NCBI GenBank assembly: GCA_017398355.1
Contig: JAFQGD010000002.1
Span: forward strand, 6,926-70,925
Direction: 5' to 3'
DNA: 64,000 nucleotides
Origin: Akkermansia sp.
GTDB taxonomy: Bacteria; Verrucomicrobiota; Verrucomicrobiia; Verrucomicrobiales; Akkermansiaceae
The notes below the pieces were generated by a model. It was not told where the DNA came from. It did not search any database and worked only from the letters and a program-made list of their open reading frames with translations. Both the position numbers and the translations under genes were made by a program. Shown piece after piece: positions 11,201-20,181 of the stretch (position 1 is its first letter; each line of letters starts with the position of its first letter).

Positions 11201-12307
11201 GCCGCCAACGTTCCACGTGGAACCTGCGGAAAGCGTGGCTGACCCCACCGTCGTGTTGTCGACTGTCTGCAATTCACCCGCCTGCAATACAAGCTTGGTG
11301 ACGCTTAAATCACGGTCAAAATCCAAGATACCCCCCAGCACCCGCACGTCCGTCAAGGAGCTGGAAGAACCATTGTCTACAATTGTTTGGCGGTTGCTCC
11401 CCACTTTGATGAGGTTCAACCCGGCAGCCAATCGGCCACCGTAGCTATAATCGCTGTTGGCATCGCTTGTACCCAGCGTCAGTGTGTAGTCCGAGCCAAT
11501 GTTATTTTCTACCAGCACATCGCCTGTATCATCACCTTGGTCCAAACCTTTGATGCTTGTATCACCGGTAAGCACCAAGTTGATATCCTGCGGGGAACTA
11601 CCCGTTGTATCTACCGGGCTGTTGCTCAGTCCTGCGCTGCGGGTAAAATCAAACACCGTGTTCTTCCAATGTGCCCCGGATATATGCAAACTCACCGTCC
11701 CTCCATTCGAACTTTGATAGATACGCCCCGCAAACCAATTCCCCGTGTCTGTCCCATCGAATTTGAATATGGTCTCCCCGCTTGTGTTGGTGGCCTGCAA
11801 CAATAAATCACCACTGCCAGTCAAGTTCTCAAAATCATAGGTACCCGCACTCGGCAAATAAGTACCCACTATGGCCATATCCCCGGTCGCGGCACTCTCG
11901 GTTACGCTAATGGTGCCTTTGTACGTATTGTTCTCGCCTCCTAAGTAGAGAGAGTTCCCCTCCCCTACTTCTATCTGTGTAAGGGTCTGCCCCTCCAAAC
12001 CGTTGCTTGCCGTACCATAGGAGAAGCTGCCGACTTGTTCTCTATCCACCCAAAAGCCAACACTACCGGATGTATCCCATCCTGCACCGTTGTACGAACC
12101 ATATTGCTCTATGGAATATGTTGAGAAGATGAGGTAGTAGTTTCTTTTTACCTTTGTCGGCCCCTGTGCTGTCAGCCCATCACTTCCCACATAAATTGCC
12201 GCTACATCATCGACTACAAGAGGCTCTCCTGCTGCCATTACTACAGTAGACATGCTTACAAAGCTTACAAGCCATTTGTACAGCTTAGGGTGAAGATGCA
12301 GTTTCAT
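5272..12307 (-). pseudogene. Giant (~2,340 aa) PEP-CTERM surface protein with autotransporter-associated beta-strand repeats, split by a 1-nt frameshift into ORFs 9083..12307 and 5272..~9118
   Basis: The signal peptide is on the upstream ORF only and the C-terminal VPEPTTTTLSLLALSTLLARRRRS sorting signal is on the downstream ORF only. PATR-like motifs KDGEAMLVLGSYNTFTGG and KMGDGMAVIATANSYSGG occur in both halves. Deleting one G of the G6 tract (9113-9118) fuses the frames as ...NLVGGTTLQLGATAENTDGAVNWTP. Confidence 0.85.
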
Positions 12308-12349
12308 TCCGTTCGTAGATAGCGTTGATGTGTGAAAATTTTCCCGGGA

Positions 12350-12377
12350 AGTATAGTCCCTTTTTACCCTTTGTCAA
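12350..12377 (-). promoter_or_regulatory. sigma70 promoter of the PEP-CTERM gene
   Basis: TTGACA-16 nt-TATACT on the minus strand, about 42 nt upstream of the ATG at 12307. Confidence 0.65.
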
Positions 12378-12637
12378 GCCATCTAATATTAATATTTTAA
12401 TGTTAGATACTGTACTGAACCACCCCTAAGCTACTTGTTTTTTGCATAAAAAAATGTGTAAACGCATGAGAATCATGGACAAAGTAATCATTCCTGAATT
12501 GAAATGTTAAAATGATAATTTCTTGAAGTTAACAAACTTATATCGGCTATAAATCAAGAAATTCACTACACCTCCAAAACGCTTGAGTCAGCATGTTTTC
12601 CTTGCCTGGTTTGCAAATACTATGTACAATCAGGCTC

Positions 12638-13006
12638 ATGCAAGAGGAGCAACAGATGCTTACACCAAGCATGAAACTTTTGAGAGATACCGTACTGGCC
12701 GCCACAGATCCCCTGCACTTGCCGGTACACAACGCTGTAGCCAAGGCGTGCCAACTCATCCGCCAAGAGACTCAGGTACGCGGAATAATTGATGCCATGA
12801 TTGAACGGGATGAATGCTATTTTGAAGCCATTCAGCGAGAATCCCCTGCATACCACGCGGCCGTACACCATGCGCTAGAGCTTATCCCCCTGCTAATAGC
12901 CGCCGGCGATAGCCCCAGCCCACAAGCCCTTGCAAGTGCACGTTACAACTGCGACCCGCTTATTCAGCAAGCCATACTCGGCCTCTTGCCCCGTCTTCCC
13001 CTTTAA
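12638..13006 (+). CDS. Small hypothetical protein with a weak ankyrin-like segment
   Basis: TTGCCT-17-TACAAT lies 7 nt before the ATG at 12638; an alternative start at 12656 has a GAGGAG Shine-Dalgarno. PAYHAAVHHALELIPLLIAAGDSP loosely resembles one ankyrin repeat. Confidence 0.55.
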   Translation: MQEEQQMLTPSMKLLRDTVLAATDPLHLPVHNAVAKACQLIRQETQVRGIIDAMIERDECYFEAIQRESPAYHAAVHHALELIPLLIAAGDSPSPQALASARYNCDPLIQQAILGLLPRLPL

Positions 13007-13106
13007 ATTGCGTTATCAACTTCTTGCTAGGCAACATCTCGCTTGACATGAGGGCGCGGTGGGGCTACAATTCCCGCGGACTCGTATCAAGCCCGTTTTG
13101 AGAGTT

Positions 13107-14306
13107 ATGTACAACCCTGATTTTAAGAACCGATTGATATCAGACTTGGCTGATTTGAAGGCAGCCGGTTTGTTTAAGGAAGAGCGCTTTATTGCCACCC
13201 CGCAGTATTCTGAAGTGGGGTTGAAAGATGGTAGCAGCGTCATCAACATGTGCGCCAACAACTACCTTGGCTTGGCCAACAGCCCTGAGCTGGAGGCAGC
13301 AGCCAAGGATGCCATCGACCGCTGGGGCTATGGCATGGCCTCTGTTCGATTCATCTGCGGCACCCAGACCCTGCACAAGACACTGGAGGAGCGTCTGAGC
13401 GCATTCCTCGGCACGGAAGACACCATCCTGTTCGGCTCCTGCTTTGATGCCAACGGTGGTTTGTTCGAAGCCTTGCTCAGCAAGGAAGATGCCATCATCT
13501 CCGACTCTCTGAACCATGCCTCCATCATCGATGGTGTGCGCCTGTGCAAAGCAGCCCGCTACCGCTACAAGAACAACGACATGGAAGACCTGGAAGCCAA
13601 GCTGCAAGAAGCTAAGGCCGCCGGTGCCCGCACCATCCTGATTTCCACGGACGGTGTATTCTCCATGGACGGTATCGTGGCCAGCTTGGACAAGATACAC
13701 GAGCTTGCCGAGAAATACGGTGCGCTGGTACACTTTGATGAATCGCACGCCACAGGTGTGTTGGGCAAGCGTGGTCGTGGTACGCACGAGCATTGCGGCC
13801 TTTTCGGCAAGATAGACATCACCACCGGCACCTTCGGCAAGGCACTGGGTGGTGCCTCCGGCGGCTACGTATCTGCCCGCAAGGAGATTGTAGACATGCT
13901 GCGCCAGAAATCCCGCCCCTACCTGTTCTCCAACAGCGTGATGCCCGCCATCGCCGCCACCACCATCAAGGTGCTGGATATCTTGGAAAGCTCCACCGAG
14001 CTGGTAGAGCGCGTGCAGAGCAACGCTGCCTATTTCCGCAAGGGGATGGAGGAATGCGGCTTCACGCTGGCCGGTGCCGGCCACGCCATCGTGCCTGTGA
14101 TGATTGGTGATGCTGCCCTCTCCCAGAAGATGAGCAACCGCTTGCTGGAGCTGGGTGTGTACGCCATGGGCTTCTTCTACCCGGTGGTGCCCAAGGAACA
14201 AGCACGCATCCGCACGCAGATTTCTGCGGCCCACACCACAGAGCAGCTTGACCGCGCCATTGCTGCCTTTGCCACCGCCGGCAAGGAGCTAGGCCTCATC
14301 AAATAA
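13107..14306 (+). CDS. kbl: 2-amino-3-ketobutyrate CoA ligase (glycine C-acetyltransferase)
   Basis: [54 protein letters not shown] and [17 protein letters not shown]-17-TACAAT promoter at 13043-13071. Confidence 0.95.
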   Translation: MYNPDFKNRLISDLADLKAAGLFKEERFIATPQYSEVGLKDGSSVINMCANNYLGLANSPELEAAAKDAIDRWGYGMASVRFICGTQTLHKTLEERLSAFLGTEDTILFGSCFDANGGLFEALLSKEDAIISDSLNHASIIDGVRLCKAARYRYKNNDMEDLEAKLQEAKAAGARTILISTDGVFSMDGIVASLDKIHELAEKYGALVHFDESHATGVLGKRGRGTHEHCGLFGKIDITTGTFGKALGGASGGYVSARKEIVDMLRQKSRPYLFSNSVMPAIAATTIKVLDILESSTELVERVQSNAAYFRKGMEECGFTLAGAGHAIVPVMIGDAALSQKMSNRLLELGVYAMGFFYPVVPKEQARIRTQISAAHTTEQLDRAIAAFATAGKELGLIK

Positions 14307-14327
14307 GACTTTCGGTCTTCATATCCC

Positions 14328-14366
14328 TGCCCGACCCGCTCCTTATCAGCCGGGTCGGGCATTTTT
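14328..14366 (+). terminator. Intrinsic terminator/attenuator between kbl and sdaA
   Basis: 11-bp stem TGCCCGACCCG / CGGGTCGGGCA followed by a T run. Confidence 0.7.
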
Positions 14367-14392
14367 CACCTGCCATTCTTCCCCACCGGCTC

Positions 14393-15772
14393 ATGTACAC
14401 CAGCTTTTTTGATGTGTTCTCCATTGGTATTGGCCCCTCTAGTTCGCACACCATGGGCCCTATGCGCGCCGCCGCTCGCTTTGTGGCAGATTTGCAACGC
14501 AGTGGCAAGCTCTCTTCCGTATGTAGCGTGAAGGTGGATTTGTATGGCTCCCTGGCGCTCACCGGTGAGGGGCACGGCACCCCCTCTGCGGTAGTATACG
14601 GTCTGCTCGGACTGGAAGCTGAAACCATGAACCTGAACCATGATTTTCTGGGCGAGGTAATGGATCAAAAAAAACTGGCGTTGAACGGCAGCCACACTAT
14701 TGATTTTGACTTTCAGGCGGATATCATCTTGCAAAAAGACACCTTCCTGCCGCAACATGCCAATGGCATGCGCTTCCGCGCGCTGGATGCCCAAAACTCC
14801 CACCTGGCAGATGAGGTATATTTCTCCGTAGGTGGCGGAGCCGTGCGACGAGCGGATGAAATGAACACGCCCCCGCAATCCCCCAAACCTGTGCCTTTTG
14901 AGTTCAATTCATGCAATGAATTGGTCTCCCTTTGCTACAAACACAAAATGAGCATTGCAGAGCTGGTGCGCCGCAATGAAACTTCTCTCTACCCGGCCCC
15001 GCTACTCAAGGCACGCCTGCGCCGCATTATCAATACCATGCAGCAAGCGGTGGAACGCGGTATCAGCACCTGGGGCACCCTGCCCGGCGAGCTCCAACTC
15101 GCTCGCCGAGCTCCCCAAATTTACATGAGCTTGGAAGACCAATTCCACCGCAACGCGACTGATGCTCTCACCATCATCGACTGGATTAACCTCTGGGCTT
15201 TTGCCGTCTCTGAAGAAAATGCCGCCGGTGGTCGCGTAGTGACAGCCCCTACCATGGGCTCTGCCGGGGTGCTCCCCGCTGTGCTCCGCTATTTTGAACG
15301 CTACGGCAGCAAAAAAGCCCCTACGGACCTTGAAACCGGTATGGAAACCTTCCTGCTCACCGCCTCGGCTATTTGCAGCCTGTACCGCTCCAACGCCTCC
15401 ATCTCCGGCGCAGAGGTGGGTTGCCAGGGTGAGGTAGGTGTGGCTTGCTCCATGGCAGCTGCGGGCCTTACCGCCGCCATGGGTGGCACTGTGGCCCAAG
15501 TGGAAAACGCCGCAGAAATCGCCATGGAACACAACCTCGGCCTCACCTGCGACCCTATCTGCGGTCTTGTCCAAGTCCCCTGTATTGAGCGCAACGCCAT
15601 CGGTGCTGTCAAAGCTGTGAATGCCGCCCGCTTGGCCATGCGGGGGGATGGTTCCCATTTCGTGAGCCTTGATAGCGTCATTGCCACCATGGATGAAACC
15701 GGCCGCGCCCTCCAATCCGGCTACCGCGAAACCGCCCTCGCAGGTCTCGCACGCAACGCCTTTACCTGCTAA
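14393..15772 (+). CDS. sdaA: L-serine dehydratase, Fe-S dependent, single chain
   Basis: [66 protein letters not shown]. Confidence 0.95.
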   Translation: MYTSFFDVFSIGIGPSSSHTMGPMRAAARFVADLQRSGKLSSVCSVKVDLYGSLALTGEGHGTPSAVVYGLLGLEAETMNLNHDFLGEVMDQKKLALNGSHTIDFDFQADIILQKDTFLPQHANGMRFRALDAQNSHLADEVYFSVGGGAVRRADEMNTPPQSPKPVPFEFNSCNELVSLCYKHKMSIAELVRRNETSLYPAPLLKARLRRIINTMQQAVERGISTWGTLPGELQLARRAPQIYMSLEDQFHRNATDALTIIDWINLWAFAVSEENAAGGRVVTAPTMGSAGVLPAVLRYFERYGSKKAPTDLETGMETFLLTASAICSLYRSNASISGAEVGCQGEVGVACSMAAAGLTAAMGGTVAQVENAAEIAMEHNLGLTCDPICGLVQVPCIERNAIGAVKAVNAARLAMRGDGSHFVSLDSVIATMDETGRALQSGYRETALAGLARNAFTC

Positions 15773-15773
15773 T

Positions 15774-16829
15774 ATGACAAATGCATTGCACACTCTCTCC
15801 TCCAGCGAGGAAACAGCCAAGGAACGTATCATTTGGCTAGATAGTCTCAAAGGGGTGGGGATTCTTCTTGTTGTCATTTTTCACACGCTTTCTGCCACAC
15901 CTTTCGGGACTTACCTGACGGCCTGCTATATGCCGCTCTTTTTCATTGCCTCAGGCTACATTTTCTATAAAAAAGGAAGAAAAAATTGGCAATTGAAAAG
16001 GCTTCTCGTACCTTATACCATATGGATTATTTTCTATTTATGTTTGGTCTGTGCTTTTCTTTTGCTCAACAATGCATTTACTTGGAAACAATGCTTAACC
16101 TACGCAGGAGGAGCCATTTGGTCGCGTTTCTCACTGTTTCCTATTGATACTACGCCTAACATCGTTCTTTTACCACCGGGTGCCCGCCCTCTTTGGTTCC
16201 TTACCTGCATGGTTTTGTCCTCCCTGCTCTCCCTGCCTCTTATACGAACCCAACAAAGCAAGCTTCGTCTTTTACTAGCCATCGGTTATATTATTCTTTC
16301 TATTGCCTTGGCATATTTACCTATTCTCCTGCCATGGAGTTTGGACACGGCTTTTATGGGGGCTCTCTTCATCTGGTCAGGTTATATGGCTGCACAATGG
16401 AATCTTTCTCACAAATCCCAATTAGCACTCTTTGTATGTGCTTTGGCATTATATATTCTTCTCGTCTATGTGAACGGCGAGATAAATATGTCCGTTCGTA
16501 TCTATGGAGATTTCGCCGCTTGGAGTATCCCTTTATTTCTTTCAATCGGCATCTTAGGTACTTATTGTTATGCATTTGTATGCAATTTGCTAAACTCGAA
16601 CTTCATTGGCCGCTCTTTGGCTTATTTAGGGCAAGCCTCCTTGACTATCATGTGTGTTCACAGTTTGTTTATCATCCTCTTTGATGATATCTTCAATCTA
16701 ACACAGTGTTTAAATTTTCTTCCTTATCCTATCCAAATGGTGTGCCTCACATCGATTGTTATTTTGGCAAGCTATTCTGTTGATTTTCTCCTCCACTTGC
16801 CTAAACGCTTCCTCAAACATTCCTCTTGA
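15774..16829 (+). CDS. Acyltransferase family 3 (OafA-like membrane O-acyltransferase)
   Basis: RIIWLDSLKGVGILLVVIFH, YMPLFFIASGY, LWFLTC and YLGQASLTIMCVH; about 10 TM segments; visibly AT-richer than the flanking genes. Confidence 0.88.
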   Translation: MTNALHTLSSSEETAKERIIWLDSLKGVGILLVVIFHTLSATPFGTYLTACYMPLFFIASGYIFYKKGRKNWQLKRLLVPYTIWIIFYLCLVCAFLLLNNAFTWKQCLTYAGGAIWSRFSLFPIDTTPNIVLLPPGARPLWFLTCMVLSSLLSLPLIRTQQSKLRLLLAIGYIILSIALAYLPILLPWSLDTAFMGALFIWSGYMAAQWNLSHKSQLALFVCALALYILLVYVNGEINMSVRIYGDFAAWSIPLFLSIGILGTYCYAFVCNLLNSNFIGRSLAYLGQASLTIMCVHSLFIILFDDIFNLTQCLNFLPYPIQMVCLTSIVILASYSVDFLLHLPKRFLKHSS

Positions 16830-16979
16830 AGAAATAAGCTACCTTTCCTTTAAGAAAACTAAAATATCATTCTTTTGTCAGCAATCCACAGAATGTGTGG
16901 GAAAAATTTTAAAAACCACAAGATATAGTACAACTTGATAGAAACTTATAGAAAATCTGGTAATTTTAGATAATTGAGC

Positions 16980-17008
16980 TTGCAAGGGGGAGTAGAAAAA
17001 AGTAAAAT
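16980..17008 (+). promoter_or_regulatory. dnaN promoter
   Basis: TTGCAA-17-TAAAAT, followed by an AAGGA Shine-Dalgarno before the ATG at 17033. Confidence 0.6.
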
Positions 17009-17032
17009 GCAGTCAACCTAAAGGAACAAGTC

Positions 17033-18121
17033 ATGAAATTCGCCCTTGCAAAACAAGTACTGTTGGACGGCCTGAACAAAGTAGCCGGCGTGGTATCGAA
17101 CCGGCCGAGTCTGCCGATTCTCTCCAACGTGTTGCTGGAAGCAGCTGATGGAGAGCTGAAGCTGACCACCACCAACATGGAGTTGACCATTCTGGCTAAA
17201 GTGCCCTGTATTGTGACCACCCCCGGTGCAGCAACCCTGCCGGCCAAGAAGCTGCAGAGCATTGTGCGCGAGATGCGGGATGGGGAAATCAGCATAGAAG
17301 TACGCGGCACAACGGCCACCATTTGCTGCAACCGCGCCAAGTTCCGACTGAACGGCATAGCAGCAGACGAGTACCCGCAGTTACCTGTTTTCAAAGAAGC
17401 CCGCGAGTTCAAAGTTCCGCAAGCGATGCTGAACCGTGGCATTCGCTACACCGAGTTTGCCATTTCTAACGATGGTACGCGCTATGTGCTCAACGGTATT
17501 TACACCTGTTTCCAAGATGGCAAGCTCACCTTGGTGGCAACGGATGGGCGCCGCTTGGCTCTGTTTGAAAACGACTTGGAGTTCCCGGAATCCCAGCAGG
17601 TGTGCATTGATATTCCCAGCCGCGCCGTAGCAGAAATTCACCGCTTGCTGGGCGATGCAGGCGATGTGATGGTGCGTATCACCAGTAACCAGGCTTCTTT
17701 CGACTTTGGCGATACACTACTCATCACCAAGCTGATTGACGGCAACTACCCGAACTACCGCCAGGTGATTCCCAGCCGCTACAGCGAGCGCATCTCCATG
17801 CCCGCACAGGACCTCAACGAGATTGTACGCCGCGTATCCCTGCTCTCCGCAGAGAAGACCAATACAGTTACTTTCCGCTTCACGCCGGGTATGATGGAGG
17901 TGCAATCCAGCGCAGCAGAACTGGGTGATGCCAATGAAGAAATGCCCATTGATTACAGCGGCCGTGAGCTGGCTATCACCTTCAATGCAGATTTCATCCA
18001 GGCTCCGCTCAAGGCCGTAGGCGACAATGAAGTGGCACTGGACTTGATTGATTCTTCCAGCCCGGGTGTCATGCGTGTGGCAGATGAGTTCCTGTATGTG
18101 CTCATGCCCATGCATTCCTGA
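17033..18121 (+). CDS. dnaN: DNA polymerase III beta sliding clamp
   Basis: LPILSNVLLEA, TRYVLNGI, VATDGRRLA, SKLIDGNYPNY-like motif and YVLMPM; 362 aa. Confidence 0.97.
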   Translation: MKFALAKQVLLDGLNKVAGVVSNRPSLPILSNVLLEAADGELKLTTTNMELTILAKVPCIVTTPGAATLPAKKLQSIVREMRDGEISIEVRGTTATICCNRAKFRLNGIAADEYPQLPVFKEAREFKVPQAMLNRGIRYTEFAISNDGTRYVLNGIYTCFQDGKLTLVATDGRRLALFENDLEFPESQQVCIDIPSRAVAEIHRLLGDAGDVMVRITSNQASFDFGDTLLITKLIDGNYPNYRQVIPSRYSERISMPAQDLNEIVRRVSLLSAEKTNTVTFRFTPGMMEVQSSAAELGDANEEMPIDYSGRELAITFNADFIQAPLKAVGDNEVALDLIDSSSPGVMRVADEFLYVLMPMHS

Positions 18122-18167
18122 TAAGGAAGCAACAGATTTTTTCTCACTGACATAATTCCAGGGGTTT

Positions 18168-18210
18168 GGGAGGAGAGGCGCGGATGTTATAGCCTCTCCT
18201 CCCTCTTTTT
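18168..18210 (+). terminator. dnaN terminator
   Basis: 12-bp stem GGGAGGAGAGGC / GCCTCTCCTCCC followed by TCTTTTT. Confidence 0.7.
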
Positions 18211-18342
18211 GTCTTTGTACGCAAAAAAGGCCGCAAAATCGCTTTGTGGAGCGTTTTGCGACCCTCATGAGGGAAATTACCAAATACCGATAAAACGAGC
18301 TGTTTTGGGCTATTCTGTGCCTTGGAAGCAGGTTTAATTGCT

Positions 18343-19101
18343 TTACTTGAGCACAAGGGAGACCGGACAATGGTCGGAGCCTGTCACATCTGCATGGATA
18401 TTGGCTTCTTCCACGCGGGGCAAGAGCGTTTCAGATACGCAGAAGTAGTCAATACGCCAGCCCACGTTCCTAGCGCGGGCACCGCCACGGAAGCTCCACC
18501 AAGAGTAAGCATCGCGTGCATCGGGATGAAGGCGGCGGAAGGTATCCGCAAAACCGGCTTGCAGAAGGAGTGTAAAGCCGGCACGTTCCTCATCTGAGAA
18601 ACCGGCGCTGAAATGGTTGGCAGCGGGGCGTGCTAAGTCTATTTCCTCATGTGCCACATTCAAATCTCCGCAAAAGACAACAGGCTTTGTTTCTGCTAAG
18701 CGGGCAACATAGGCTCGGAAGGCGGCATCCCACTCCTGGCGGTACGGCAGGCGAGCCAACTCATTTTGAGAGTTGGGCGTGTAGCAATTCACCAAGTAAA
18801 AATCTTCAAATTCCATGGTGGCAACGCGCCCTTCTGTATCATGCTCCGGCACTCCAATGCCTGTGGAAGTGCTCAACGGCTGCACCCGGGAAAGGATGAG
18901 CACACCGGAATACCCCGGACGCTGAGCAGGATTCCACAGAGCATGTGGCCAAGATGCCAGCCAGAGGTCACTTACCTGCTCCGGGCGTGCTTTTATCTCC
19001 TGCAAGCAAAGGATATCAGGTGCCAATTCATCCATCTTCTCTGCCAAGCCTTTGCCCAGCGTAGCGCGGATACCGTTGACGTTCCAGCTGACAATTTTCA
19101 T
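18343..19101 (-). CDS. xth: Exodeoxyribonuclease III / AP endonuclease
   Basis: SWNVNGIRA, LCLQEIKA, CGDLNVAH, WRIDYF and GSDHCPV. Confidence 0.96.
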   Translation of the reverse strand: MKIVSWNVNGIRATLGKGLAEKMDELAPDILCLQEIKARPEQVSDLWLASWPHALWNPAQRPGYSGVLILSRVQPLSTSTGIGVPEHDTEGRVATMEFEDFYLVNCYTPNSQNELARLPYRQEWDAAFRAYVARLAETKPVVFCGDLNVAHEEIDLARPAANHFSAGFSDEERAGFTLLLQAGFADTFRRLHPDARDAYSWWSFRGGARARNVGWRIDYFCVSETLLPRVEEANIHADVTGSDHCPVSLVLK

Positions 19102-19119
19102 GGTGTTGTAAGAGGGTAT

Positions 19120-20076
19120 TTACTTCTCGTATGTAACAATCTCCAGCTTAGGAGCGTTGATGAGCTTCATCACGTCTTCGCCGGGTTCCTTAGCTGTAGA
19201 GGGGATAGGGAGCAGCTTATTTTCCCAAGGCTGGAATGAGGCATCCGGCTTAATATCCCCACCTGTGGCCAATGAGAAGAAGCCGAGCGTGGGATTAAAG
19301 CGGCAGTTGATTTCCATGTTGGGGTTGCCATCCTTGGTGAAACGGAACTCGGAAGCTTGGCTCCACTTATTGTCTGCCCAGCGCCAAGCGGGGCCGAAGG
19401 TAGCGCGGCGTTCATACTTCTTGGATGCCACATTGCGGCGGAAGTCCTCCACAAAGCCACAGCCACCACCCAGACCACGGTTCAGTGCCTGAATACGCCA
19501 GCAGCTCAATAGCTCCCATTGCTTTGTTTCCGGATCCCAAATATACCCCGCCAGTTGGCGGAAATCCTCGCCATCCGGCCGCTCAATCACCAAGGTGCGA
19601 ATCTTTTCGCCCTCTTTCCAATTAAACGGGCGCATAGAATTACCACCCGTACCCTCACCACCAAAGCGGCGTGTGGTTACAAGGCGCCCCTTCTGCACCA
19701 GCTTGGCGCGTTCCTCCTCAGGGGCAGCGTGCGGATTATCCCCGCTGTCTTTCGCATCCCAAATAGAGAAAATAGCCACGCGCTCACCCCTGCCACCGGG
19801 TTCTTTTTCTGCCAGTTCCTGCACACCAATATAGCCACAACCAAAATTGTTGCAGGCAAAATAGGTACCGGGAGCGCTCTTTTCTACCACCATTTCGGTA
19901 TAGGCGGCAGAATGTGAACGAATGGCCGGCAAGTAACCCAGATGCACGGATGCACATTGGCGAGCAGCCATATTTTCCGGAGCCCAATAGTCCGAATTGC
20001 GGTCGGCCATAGCCTGCTGCCCACAGAGTGTGAGAGCAGCCACGGCTCCTGCCAGTATGGATATGACGGGTTTCAT
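19120..20076 (-). CDS. Exported DUF3472-like protein
   Basis: Signal peptide MKPVISILAGAVAALTLCGQQAMA; motifs GTYFACNNF-GYIGVQEL, IFSIWD, RRFGGEGTGG and FVEDF. Promoter TTGCCA-17-TATCAT lies 8 nt upstream. Confidence 0.65.
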   Translation of the reverse strand: MKPVISILAGAVAALTLCGQQAMADRNSDYWAPENMAARQCASVHLGYLPAIRSHSAAYTEMVVEKSAPGTYFACNNFGCGYIGVQELAEKEPGGRGERVAIFSIWDAKDSGDNPHAAPEEERAKLVQKGRLVTTRRFGGEGTGGNSMRPFNWKEGEKIRTLVIERPDGEDFRQLAGYIWDPETKQWELLSCWRIQALNRGLGGGCGFVEDFRRNVASKKYERRATFGPAWRWADNKWSQASEFRFTKDGNPNMEINCRFNPTLGFFSLATGGDIKPDASFQPWENKLLPIPSTAKEPGEDVMKLINAPKLEIVTYEK

Positions 20077-20181
20077 CGCCGCACATGATAGCAAATTTAT
20101 TCACATTTGGCAAGCTCCACCACGTTGTCATCGCAAGGTTTTGACTTGTCAGCGCTCAAGATGAACGATAGAATAGGCGGC

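Noticed and set aside
13107-15772. kbl-sdaA as a novel pathway cluster
   Set aside because: This is ordinary threonine/serine catabolism; the missing tdh may simply lie outside the window.
16830-17032. Region upstream of dnaN as the main oriC
   Set aside because: It has only two or three poor boxes, whereas 28.38-28.62 kb has eight better boxes plus adjacent parS sites.
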